Assembly (NCBI GenBank): GCA_010093605.1
Contig: MU004189.1
Coordinates: forward strand, 875,834 to 939,833
Direction of reading: 5' to 3'
DNA from: Lophium mytilinum
Taxonomy: Eukaryota
Length of the DNA: 64,000 nt
Shown: positions 38,701 to 50,808 of the stretch, piece after piece
How positions within the stretch are numbered: the first letter of the stretch is position 1
Layout: every line of letters begins with the position of its first letter
The notes under the pieces: generated by a model
Told to the model about the DNA's origin: nothing
Database searches by the model: none
Seen by the model: only the letters and a program-made list of their open reading frames with translations
Translations under genes and position numbers: made by a program

Positions 38701-39228
38701 GCGATGGCGAAGTGGCCGTGGTGCCGCCTCTGCTTTGGGGCAGAGAGGCGGCGCTTGCATACCGGTTGCACGCATTTGGTTAGTATTTGGGGCAAGCTTT
38801 ACTCGAAAACGGTAGATAAACCCCTCTAAAGGTTTAATGGTAATGAGAAATGGCGGAAGTAAAAAGATCTTACTCCATATTAGACCACGGACGAAAGACG
38901 ATGACCACGTAGATTCAGGTTTAGCATCTCGGACGACTATTTCGTGTGGAAAGTTGTGTTCTTTTTTTAAAGCATCGGTTTCCCGAGGGTTGATGTTTTG
39001 TTCCTTCGAAACGTTGTTGTTGCAGAGTCAGCCCAGGGCGGGTACACGACCAACCACTTTGCGTAGATCCTCACTCCGCCAGCTGTGCCACCCACACCTG
39101 CCGCCCATTTTATACTCAGCTTTGCTCTTTGATTGATAGAATCCAAAGGAACAGTCAATCACATCTTCCTTCAAATAAGTCAATATTGCTCTTTCTTCCG
39201 TCCCGTTCTCCACGCCTTACGCTTCGGA

Positions 39229-41149
39229 ATGGAGCACTCATCACAATTACTACAACATGAACTAGCTGGAAGTCTACAAACGAGCACCGGCCGCAGCAAA
39301 TCCCTACCAGAAAATCCCTCGTCTGTCTCGCTTCTAGGACCAACTGAAAATCCGACCAACACATCGCATCGGACTTCTTTTCGAATAGGAGACTCCACAC
39401 AGACCTCCAGCTCAAATGAGTCGGGCATTCCCGGTGATGAAGAGAAGGAGCCGCGAAAAAAATCCGAAGCGATGTCATGGTGGTGGTGGTGGGAAATTGG
39501 AGCAGCAATGCTCGGTACTATCAGCATGCTTCTTATCATCGCCGTGCTCTTCAAGGTCCAAGACAAGCCTCTCCAAGACTGGACACTGTCGATCCAACCC
39601 AATTCCCTAATAGCCGTCTTTACAACCATCGGCAAAACAGCAACAATGGTACCCATCGCTTCGTGCATCGCCCAGCTCAAGTGGCGACATTTCGACCGTC
39701 GAGACCGCCGATTGGATCATCTTCAGCTGTTCGAGGATGCCTCCCGAGGGCCCTGGGGTGCCGTAACCATGATGTATAGTGTTCGATATCAAGCCTGGTT
39801 GGCATCGGCCCTTGCGCTTGTCACTGTAGTAGCCCTCGGGATCGAGCCCAGTGCACAACAGATCCTAAACTTTCCCCACAGGATCACCATGTTAAAGAAT
39901 GCTTCGGCTGAGATCGGCATAGCAGATGGTTATTCTTCCAAAGCTTACGACGTTTTTGACGCAATTGGCAGCGATGCTGTTGGTATGAGCCTGCCTTTCT
40001 CGCTCTCGCTTCAAGTATATGCTAACACTTTGGGCAGGCTTCGAAGATATATGGGCTCTACAAAATCACCTCATCGGCGGAATGGCCGGAACTGTCCTCC
40101 AACCAAGGGTGGAGTGCGCCAGTCCAGCTACGCAATGCTCCTGGGAAGACTTCACAACGCTTGGGGTGTGCAGCAATTTCAGAAACGTCACTGACGTTGC
40201 CATCCGCAATTGCAATACTAACGGCACAAGACTTTCCTGCACCTATAGTTTTCCAGGCCGCGAGCCCTACGACGACCAAGACCTCTCCATAGGCTGGCTA
40301 ACCACCGCCTACTCGTCGACCGCCTCGACTGGATTCCGCTCTGCGACAGGAGTGGCGGATGAATCTAACCAGTCCGGAGCCATTGGTTCCATGGCTGCGG
40401 TCAAAGTTACAGCGATCACTGAGCACGAAGCACTCGGCCCCCCGAAGACCGAAGTCTACTATTCCACCTGGTACTGGTGTGCACAGACTTACCACGGCGT
40501 CACCGCAACACCCAACGCCCTTCACACATCGCCACCCCAGACAGAACGCCTATTCGTCATGAACAACCCGCCCGGGAAAGACGTAGCGGACAACACCCTC
40601 CGCGCAAACTCAACGGGCAAGCTATACAAGATCGGTGGACTCGCCCAAGAACTCGTGTTCTGGTACCTCGAGAACGCGCTCAATACCACCACTCCCTCGC
40701 TCTACAACCCGGCTTACTTCAATCTAAATGTCGGCTACTTGCTACAGAGCAACAACATCAGCAATGTTACGCAGAACATCGCGGATACTTTGAGGGGCTT
40801 GATGAGGAGCGACACCGCAGGCGATAACCGTAATGTTACGATGCTCAAGGGAGAGGCGTTTTATAACACTACTTTCGTCGAAGTGAGATGGCCGTGGATC
40901 ATTCTCCCGCTTGCTGAGACGTTGCTGACGGTGGTTCTGCTCGCTATCTCAATCGCGCTCACGCGGCAGCAACCGTTGCTGAAGACGTCGGTGATGGCGT
41001 TTCTCGTGCATGGACTCGAGGGTTGGTCGGACGATGAGTTGGCGGTCGGGCGCCCGGAGACGGCGGAGAGTCTTCACGGTATGGCGAAGGGAATGACGGC
41101 GTCGTTTAGAGAGAATGGGCGGGGGAGATTGAAGTTTGTGAGATCATAA
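39229..41149 (+). CDS. DUF3176-family membrane protein; intron 39983-40037
   Basis: WWWEI...hydrophobic helix...PLQDW..SIQPNSLIAV...IAQLKWRHF...FEDASRGPWGA. C-terminal VEVRWPWIILP transmembrane segment. Confidence 0.85.
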
Positions 41150-41749
41150 CGTTCAGCGCTGGCGTGGAGCCGTTCATTTCTCAATTCGTCAATAGAAGAA
41201 CGAAGAAATTTTCATCTTTTCAATACTACACTCCCAAGTCACAGATTTGGACACTCTTTGCAAATGTTTGGGGTACCCCAAAGTGCTTGGGAAACTCGGA
41301 ATGCAATGTAAAGGCCGACCCGGTGGATTTTAAACCGCTTTTTGGCCGACTAAAGTTATGTTGCCTGGGGCACTCCTTACAGTGGTATTAAGAGAGAAAT
41401 GGTATAGCTAAAGCCGTGACATATCCATGTGTCCATATTTGTGACCTATTCCTGGATATTTAGGCCCCACAGAAGTGAAGATCCGGAATGACGACGTCGG
41501 GGGTGGCCGAGCGATGTATTCAGACGGTCAAAACAATGCACTTGCGATACATTTTGATTCACGAAAATGCGTTGAAGCCCTTCAACAGTGGCAGAAGTGT
41601 GCACATGTTCAGCATAGCATTGGATACTCAATCATGGTAGGAGAGAAGAAAATATCATTCTTATAGGATTTGATTACTGCCCCTTATCACTCCCAAGCTT
41701 CCCGGGGCCTATCCTCCCGTGATCGGCTTTGGCAAGTGTCGTAATGTCC

Positions 41750-42563
41750 TCAGCGTGAGTCCGGTTGCTCTGGCGCAGCCCAGAGTTTCAAGTTCATGCT
41801 GCCCTTGCGAAGCGATCTGTGCAGCCGCCACGCTTCCTTCTCAATGGCTAGGAGGAATTCGTTCATGGTAACGCCGCCTGGGCTATGGACTTCCACCCAC
41901 ACTCGAGGAAACGCTAACGAAAACCTGGCAACCGTGACTGGGGGATCAGTAATGTACATCCTAGACCAAGACTTGGACGCGAATACCTTAGAGCAGTTAA
42001 GAAAGCTATAGTCGAGGACGAGCTCAGTTTTGTCCTTGTCTTTGTCTCGAAATATCGAGGGCGAATTCCTGAACAAGTAGTACCAGAGCTTAAGCGGACA
42101 GTCGCCGGAGGAGTTGATGAGCTGGGGATGGAGTTTGAATGAGACCGAGGGATATGGGCAGGCGGTCCATGCAGGTGAAGGTTGGTTGATTGTTACGCGT
42201 CCGTCGCCTTCAACGTTGCAGTGAACCAGTTTTTCGATAGACCGACGAACGTCTAGTGGTCCAGAGGCTGGCGGTGCCATCCACAGTGCCCGCTGCAAAC
42301 TTGGGATATGGTCGATGAGATCCTTCCATTGGCGGCTCACGCGCATACACTTGAGAATTTCCCCCATAGGCAGTTTGAGAAGGATCTGTTCGTGAAGTTC
42401 GACTGTGAAGAAGCATCTGGTCATTGCGCTCGGCGCGTCGAGCTGCGGCCCAGCCAGCGAGAGAGGAGAGTCGGGCGGTTCACCTCCTTGGGAAGTAGGT
42501 TAGTGCCGTCGAATGACATGAGGAATGCCAATACGTACCCACCGAAGGAGATTGTGGCGCCAT
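41750..42563 (-). CDS. F-box domain protein; intron 42538-42487
   Basis: ELHEQILLKLPMGEILKCMRVSRQWKDLI F-box and the SWSRMYITDPP motif typical of this fungal family. Exon 1 (MAPQSPSV) joins in frame through GTACGT...CTAAC...AAG. Confidence 0.82.
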
Positions 42564-43184
42564 GTTCACCAGATCTTGACGTTGGTGTTGTGGTGTTTGT
42601 GATGCGGAGGAGATGGAAGTGAAGTAGTTGTTTTGAAGAAGGTGAAATCTCAAGCCTGACGTCACAAGGCTCCCATTCGATACGGAGCATTCCTACTCAC
42701 ATCACTCACTTCACTCACCTTGTAGTATCTTGATACTGTGTGCTGCTGCGTCAACAATGACTGACTTCTGACCCTTTGTCGTATCACCTCCGTCCGCCAT
42801 CCATCCCATCCCATGATGGAGCCCAACGCGACATCACCAACATCTGTGTGACCGCATCACGGCTAGAGCCGACGCCTCGTAACTAGCACTAATGGCTTCG
42901 GCATCGCCAAAGCCATGCCCGCAGACTACATCCGCACTTTGCGCACTGCAGCAATTTTCTTTTTCTTGTAAAGAAGGAGTGGGACGGACGATAAAGTAGG
43001 ACTGAGACTTAGAGTAGACGAGGAAGATACTTGTATGACAACGGAGGCTTACTCCTTTCATTGAATTTTTTCCCATTCAAGGCAGAAAGCATCATGACTT
43101 AACTGCAATACCATACCTCCACCTACCCCCTACCCAATAACCAAACTCCGCAAAGCCCCCCTTCATCCCCAAATCCACACCCAC

Positions 43185-45209
43185 CTACCCCACAAACCTT
43201 TCACTGCCCCTCTTCACCAACCTCATCGGCACCTGATTCCCCCGCATCTGCAGCGTGATAATACTCGTCAACGCCGTCTTCAACAACCCATCCGCCCTCC
43301 GCGCCGCCTTCTCCCACACCTCCCTCCGCTCCGCCACCCCCATCCTCTCGACCTCCTCATCGCTCGCCCACTCCTCCACCGCCAGCTCAACACTATAGTC
43401 GCGGAAGATAAGCGCCAGCACCGCACACAACTCGACCTGCGAGAAGCGCCGCCCCAGACACGAGCGGTGGCCCTCGCTAAACGGGATATACGCGCCCTTC
43501 TCCGGCTTGAAGAACGCGGCCGAGACGTCCGCGCCGCTGGGCCCCGTCATGTCGTCGTCCTCGAACGTCTCGTCCACATGCATCGCGGTGCCGCCGTTGG
43601 CAGCGGAGCGCAGCAGCCAGCGCTCCGGGCGGAAGAGCTCGACGTCGTTGACGCCGTCGGTGCCCTGGGGGAGGCCGGCGGCGGTGGGCCAGTAGCGCGG
43701 GTTCTTGTGTACGGCGGCGCAGCTGAGGGAGACGGTGGCGGCGGCGGGGACGACGAAGTGGCGCGCGGCGTTGGAGGTGACGGGCTGGGGGCGGTCTGGG
43801 GGCGTGCATTTGGGGATGTTGATAACCGGGGGGGTGATGCGGAGGGTTTCGTTCATGACGGCGGCGGGCATAGAGCCGAAAAGCTTAGGGAAGTCGTCGT
43901 CGTAGGTCCAGGCGGCGATGGGCTTGCCCTGGAGCGTGGCGTCGATGTCGGTTTGGAGGTGCTGCTGCTGGGGGCGGTTGAGGGCGAGGTAGATGAGGGA
44001 GAAGTTGATGGCGTTGGCGGTGGTTTCGTGACCCGCGAGGGTGAAGACGAAGCCGTTGCCGAGAATGTCGCTTTTACTGAGTAATTGGTCTCCGGGGGCT
44101 TTGCTGGAGGAGGAAGGGTCCGAGGCGATGCCTGAGCGTGAGATGAGGGCGCCGAAGAGGTCGAGGCCGGAGGCGGCAGAGGCATTGCCAGAGATGACTT
44201 CGCGTTTGCGCGCTTCGTACATGTCTTCCATGTATTTGCCCCATTCTTTTATGGCGGTGTTGAGCTCTTTGTGCCATTCAAAGGGGGAGTTTTCTGCGGG
44301 TGATCAATATGCTGCGTATTCGAGGGATGTAGAGTTCCTACCTAAAACCCACTTGGGAAATACTTGAGTCCACATGATGTTTTCCAGGAGAGAGCTGATG
44401 GCATCTCTGTACGAGAGCTTGTGTCCAGGAGGCGCCGTAGATCCTACAGACTTCGCATTCCCAGCCTCTTCCTTCTCTTCATGAGACCACAAGACTCGAA
44501 CGTCAAAACCAGCGCTGCTGATAACATACAAGGCGAATCTCATCGTATCTGTAGCAGAATCCTGGATGGTTCTAGACTCACGCCCGGACTCACCAGTCCA
44601 TAACCTCACTAGCGCTTGACCATGGTGCAGCGTCTCCTTGAAAACAAGCTCATTGTTCTTCTCCGTGAAAGAAGGGGCTGATATCTTGCGATGCTGGCGC
44701 CATGTCGCCCCCTCGGTGGACACGACATTCTTACCATATATGTCAAGTCTCTTATACATCTGCAGCGGCTTGGGAAAGTCATTGCGCCTCGTAGTGACTT
44801 GGGTAATGACTTCGGCATCCGCAATATACATATGCAATTTTCCTGAAGAGACGGTGAGAATGCAGTCCGAGCCCATCTTCTCGAAGGGCGCGTAGCCGTT
44901 CAGATAGATCCATTCTGGGTTCATGAAACTACATGGGAATTTCTATTAATCCGGGTAGTTCTTTATATTGAGCAATTCATGAACATACAGGATCCAAGAG
45001 CTAGTCAAAGTTGCAGGCAGCTTTTGAAGATGCGGCAGCCAGATCTGGTAAGAAGCTAGCCAGAAGATGTGGTATGGGTTCCACGGGAGCACAACATAGG
45101 CAATGCCAGAGGCTTTTGCGGCTGCGAGGTTGCGCAGCAGCGCGCGAGTGTAATTGGCCCAGTAGAGGACGAAGAGGACGCCTGCAGTCAGCAGCAAGGG
45201 CGAGGCCAT
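43185..45209 (-). CDS. Cytochrome P450 monooxygenase; exons 45209-44989, 44928-44342, 44293-43185
   Basis: N-terminal membrane anchor, AGHETT, ETLR, PERW and the FSEGHRSCLG heme motif. Confidence 0.95.
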
Positions 45210-48200
45210 GGCGAGGACCAAAATGGCAGGGGTGCGAAGATGCAACGAATGATGTGCACACTTGGATACGTATGAGGATGTAGGTAGAAACTACAGGTAG
45301 TGACGTTGTTGAGAAGGAAGCTGGGAGTATGTAGTGAATGACGTTGCGATGTTGTGCCACCTAGCGTTTGAGATTGCGCCCTGGGTGCCCTGCTTCGGCT
45401 CACTTGTTGCCGTTCTCTTTGAACAAATACCTAGCCGACGCCACAAGACAAGCTCGCCTGGAGTAGCGCTGGAGGGGAATAATCACAACACAACGAGAGC
45501 CATTGAAATGCAGGCTCAACACCATTTGTTTGCGTCGGAGTTCCGAACTCATGGGTCGTACATGTTTTCGACGTTACGCCAGGGTAACTGACGAATACCA
45601 TTTGTGGGCAACTCTGTTTAGAATGGCCCTCAACATGGAGTGTAACGCTTTACCTGGTATAATTCTACCCAGTGCCTGTAGGTGGAGGTTTGGATGCGCG
45701 GCGAGCAACTGCAATTGGCGCAACTGATACCTCTTCTGTCAGAATGACGAGTCGTTCGGTTACTGCCCTGCGCCCAAGTGGTGATTATCCTTGTTTACGT
45801 CTGCGAGGCCGCCTGTTCATTCTTCGCACGCCCAGTCTTCTAGACACTCTCCAATAGGTGGTTCGTCAAAAGGAGAGCATGTGCCTTCTTCGCACGCGTA
45901 GTCTTGCAGACGTTCTCCAACTAGATGTTTCATCGAAAGGAGAAGACGGAGGAGAATGGAGAAAGAGAAACGAGAAAACTGGACAAATGAGACTCTGCAG
46001 CTGTTCTTGTATACATGAAAAGCCACTAGTCAATCCTTTCACAAGTTGCTATTACGAGTCACATATCACGAGATAGCAAAGCCTACAGTGCGAGGGTATA
46101 GTCGAGCTGGTATTGGGAGCCGCAGAAGCTGAAACGCTTGTGAAATGCCTACCACCGGTTTTGTGCTCACGAAACCGTTCTGTGATGGCCCAACAGGAAA
46201 GTCAAGGCGCGAGGGGGTTTGGACAGGTAGTCATTGATTGAGGGCAAGGGCTGAGGTCAGCGCATCGCTCCTGCCACCCCGGAATCGGGAAATATGTGAT
46301 CCGTACCTAGCATTACTTTTCTGGTGGCCCTGGAGTGGAGAGACCCACCTCTCGTACATCACAGCAAACCATTGGCATCAGCACCGCGATTGGATTCAAA
46401 CGGCAGCGCGGCCCAGAATACGAGGTGAGGCAATCAACCATGGAACGAGGCGAACGGGGTCACATGCATATATGCAAGCGGTACAGTCTCGACCTTGCGT
46501 TGATTGCTACCGCTACTTAGGATCTGCATCCTGGGCATCCTGGCATCTGCCGTGTTGACGTCGATTCAACAACGGTCTCGTGACCGTACAATGGGCATCT
46601 ACGCGTGTATCCCGTCGTGGCAATGGTCGTTAGCTCGCTCGTCGCGGCTGTCACATCGCACACAGGGGCAGCATCCACGCCCCATTGGCAGAGCGGCGGT
46701 GATGGGCTACACGCTTCTGGCATCGCGGGGCCAAATGCGTCGGCCAGCAGCGGCCTCACATCGCACAGGATCACCCAAAGATCGACGGCGCCCTCCAAAG
46801 CCAAAAGGAACCTCCCTCAGCCCGCAGCTCGGTGCCACAAGCGTCCAGCCACTGCACGCCCCGGTTGCACCCTGCGGGAGCGACACCACGGCAGTCACTC
46901 AAGCCAACGAGCGTTTGCGGAGGCACTGCACACCCCTGCGCCGCATCCTGTGCTCCATCGCCGTCGACTGCCGCTAGAAGGACTCAAATACGCGACCGTA
47001 ACGATGTAGACATCCGCGACTCGCCAGGGCCCGTGGTGACGAAGGGCGACGTGCTCGTCGGAGAAAAGGCCCGACGAGATGTGTAATGGCCTGACCAACG
47101 GCACAGGAGCGGTGAAGGGCCGCTTATCACGGTTGTCATGGGTCCATGGATCTGAGAATGAAAATGAAAGAATGTTGGAGGAGACTTGCCAGGGTGTTGT
47201 CTGGGACGTTTGATTTTCCACAACAACCGCAGGGGTGGCACAGCGGTGGTTATCTGTTCTGGGACAGCAGAGCGTTACAGTATGGGAGAGCTTCTGGAAA
47301 AGGAATCCGAATCTTGCCAAGGCCCAGGCTGCATCGGAGCTTTTTACCCACTTGCGCTGGGCTGAGGTCGGTGCCGAGTCCACGTGGTGACAGCGTGAAA
47401 AGACGGGGGCGCCGCTGTCTGAGCTTCGCGAAATGGCCTCACAGCCTTGGGGCGTTTGATACGCGCGAAATGGCACCATGGCCACTACTCCAGGGCACCT
47501 CGCCGTCTGTCGCAAGCTAGAACCGGAGGCCTGTACGATGGGCGACGGTTGACATCACAAATCTCGATTCATCTGGACTACCAACGGCTGGATATCTCAA
47601 TCATCTTCATCCGTGCCGCGCAGAGGCCGGATTCCGGGCGATCATTGAATCAAGCAGCGTGGCGTCTGGCCAAGCACCGACTGGCGAGCCAGCAGCCTGG
47701 AGAGTGCAAAAGCGTTCCCGCGCGGTGCATGATGTGCACTCTGCTGCATCATCGCGATACGGCGACTCTGCGATGGACAATGCGGCCTGTCAGCTCGGTG
47801 GCCTGTCAGTGTCAGGCTCTGAGCTCGCTGAGTGGCCGCACGACGGGATATTCGCAGCAAGGGAGCCCGTGTCGTCGATAACAATTTGCAACGACCAGAT
47901 CGGCTGATGCCTTTCCTGACTCGGCGCCATGGCGGCCCAATCTCGATGCGAATTCCAGTGCCGCTGCGCCGGTTGTGAGGCGGGCAGAGGCTGAAAGCAG
48001 GGTCGCAGTTCGCTCAAACGTCTTCACATTGCATCAGGGCACGCTCGGTGCCGCGTCCAGAACAGACAGCCCACGAGGTCACAGACAGCGATACCCAAGC
48101 TGGGCCCCAGGAAGACCCAGGCAAGAGCAGCAGCAATCCCGGGAGCGCTCCGTCTGTGGTGCATGCGAGGCGGACAGACGTTGGGCGCCCACGCGACGGC

Positions 48201-49369
48201 TATCATAGGGGCAGGGCGCGCGAAGGGCATGGCCGTCGTCTGCAGGGGCTTGGCGTCGAGGATCGGAGTGTCTCCTGTTAGCGGCCGGATGCTGGGGGAT
48301 TGTCGTGAGTGGCACTGGAGGCGGCGCACTGGTGGCAGGTTTGGAGACACGCTGGACCGCGGGAGACACTCTTGGTGGACACGCTGCGCTTGTCCGTCAG
48401 CAGTTTGACATGGAGCCAAGACCGCACTTCACGGCTAGTATGCAGCCACTCGCCAGCGATCTCCAGTCGTGACCTCGGGATGTCTCTCTCGTCACATCAA
48501 CACCAGCCCAGCTTTTCCGCCAGGCGGGCCTCTACCCCAAACCTTTGCCGCGCTACGCACACGTCGGAGGCCCACTGAGACCTGCGACCCGCCTCCAACG
48601 CCTGCCGCCGTGAGGTCCCGCTGAAGTTCCCGCTGAAGTCACGGCCGCTGGCCACACGTTTTGCACGGCTGCGAGTACGACATCGTCTGAGTCGCCGAGT
48701 GGCCACGGGACTGCGACGCGATTCGACCAAGCTGGCGATTCACGCTGGGTGGCGAGCTGCCTCGTCGCTGTTTCGCGCTTGGACGACTGCTGTGCTGCCG
48801 GCGAGGGCGCGCGCTGGCGAATGCGAAGATGCGGTGCTGGGAGCGACCCCTGCGCACAAATAGGCCGGAACTCGGCCGTGGCTTCTCGCGCGCGTCGATT
48901 TTGATGGTTGGTGGCTCTGGCTTCTGGCTGCTCTGGTGTCGCTCGGGCGGATGCATGTCGTCGCAGCGGTCACGACGGGAGGCGTTCGGACGGTCACGGA
49001 CGTCACGGAGGCCATGGACGATCGAGGCAGACGGAGCGGTTGATGTGGCATGTGTGGACTGTCGCTGGGGGCTTTCTGGACTGCCACTTCTCTCGAACTT
49101 CGGTACTTGCTACCTCTGGCGCCTTTCCTGGCACATTAGCACGCCGGTACCTGTTACTGGCGGTAAACGTGGCAGCTTCACTGTTTGTAGCGGTTCGGGC
49201 GGCATCAACGTCGTCGCGTGGGAGCCGGTCCCGCAGCAAACCACAGTTACAGCACCAGTAGAGCGCCTCGTCTGCGCTTCACAATCGACAGCCAGCCCGT
49301 TTGGGACGAGCAGCCCCGCTCTGCCTCGCACTGGAGACACTGGCAGGGGCTGGCGTCTAGGAGTGGAGT

Positions 49370-50040
49370 CCTTGGCATGGATGGGCATCTAGAGCTGCAT
49401 GCATGGATGGGCATCTAAGAGCTGGCATGGACATTTAGCCAGTCGCACTGGTTGATGGCCGTAGGCATCTCCGAGTCGTCGCATGGGCATCTACGAGTCG
49501 CAGCTCTGGCAGACTGGCATCACTATGCGAATGCGAGCAGTGGCATTAGAGTCAGTAGTGGCATCAAAGTCGAGAAGTGATGTTACAGTCCAAGCTCCTC
49601 TTTCTTGTGTGGATGAATGGAGAACGAAAAACTCGAGGAGCCAGCACGCATCTGAGTCCCCGTGGTGGCATCAAGCTCTTTTGGAGAGGAGCTACCACTG
49701 GCATCAAGCTGTTTCAGAGTCCTAGCAACAGCTGGCATCAAGCTCTTTTGGAGGCCCTACAGCTGGCATCAAGTTGGAGGACCAACCACACAGCACCCGG
49801 CTGCCACCAAACACCAAACTACATGCCCTCGGGCTGGCATCTAGTTCCTCGACTACTTACATACTACCTAGGTGCTCAAATTGTGGTACGCTCCTAGGCC
49901 ACCACGCTGGGAATCAGTTGGCTCAGTTGGCACTACCTCAGCTACTGGCATCCGCTCCGGGCACTGCTCCTGGCACTACCTCACTAGCATCTCTCCTCCG
50001 GCGGGCATAGCAGTGCTCTAGCACCAGCTCTAGCATCTTC
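49370..50040 (+). repeat. Array of about 20 same-orientation (T/G)GGCAT(C)-type motifs with nested short duplications
   Basis: GCATGGATGGGCATCTA twice (49375, 49401), GGCATCTMCGAGTCG twice, TGGCATCAAG four times (49666, 49699, 49734, 49764), plus further TGGCAY/TAGCAY copies. Confidence 0.75.
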
Positions 50041-50808
50041 AAGTGCCGGGCCTGCACGCCCCTTGCTCGCATGGCTGCGCTACGCTTTCCAGGACCCGCC
50101 GCCCTGGATTCTCGCGCCCACACTGAGTCGCGCACCCCTCTACACTTACTCAGACTCACCTCGTTCAGCCTGCCCTGCTGCTGCCCACGACTCCTTCGCA
50201 TCCCGATCTAACTGCCCCCATCCCTCTCCACGCTCCCACTCGCTGCCCAGCTGCGCTCATCATAGCCCCCGACTGCAGCTCGCCCCTCGCTGTTTACTTC
50301 GGTTCTGCACGCCCCGGCGCGCGAGCCTCCAGTGCGCCTCCGCCCGGCTGACCCTGCTCGCTTCATCGTCCGCCATCGACGCCATTTGCCCGCCCTGGGC
50401 CCAGCGCCTCAGATTTGGCCTGCTCCGCTGCGAGCACCCACTGGCTCCCACTCCTCCCACGGGCTCCGCATCACTCTCCAGGGCTCGCAACGCCCTGTTC
50501 CAGCTGTCCAGGACCGTCCCCGGCTCCATGGTAAGGACGACGACGCTGCGTCAAGGCTGCTGGACCGCATCCTGACCCTGCCGGCCCCTCCTGCCTCACC
50601 TCCAGTGCTCTCCACCGCCCTCCTCTGCCGTTCCCGTGCCTACCCACTCCCTCTGCCCAGCGATGACGCCGCCGTCCCTCTCCCATTGCCGTGCCCAGCT
50701 CTGACTCTACCTCGGCCTCACCACAGGGCTCCGCTGAGCCACTTGCCTCAGACTCGTGTTTGTCTGACCCAGCAGCCGCATGGCCTGAGCGGTCATTGAG
50801 CCCTTAAC

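Noticed and set aside
45300..50800. Numerous 60-200 aa ORFs on both strands
   Set aside because: They overlap, are rich in Arg/Ala/Pro, often lack an ATG start and show no domains, as expected by chance in GC-rich intergenic DNA.
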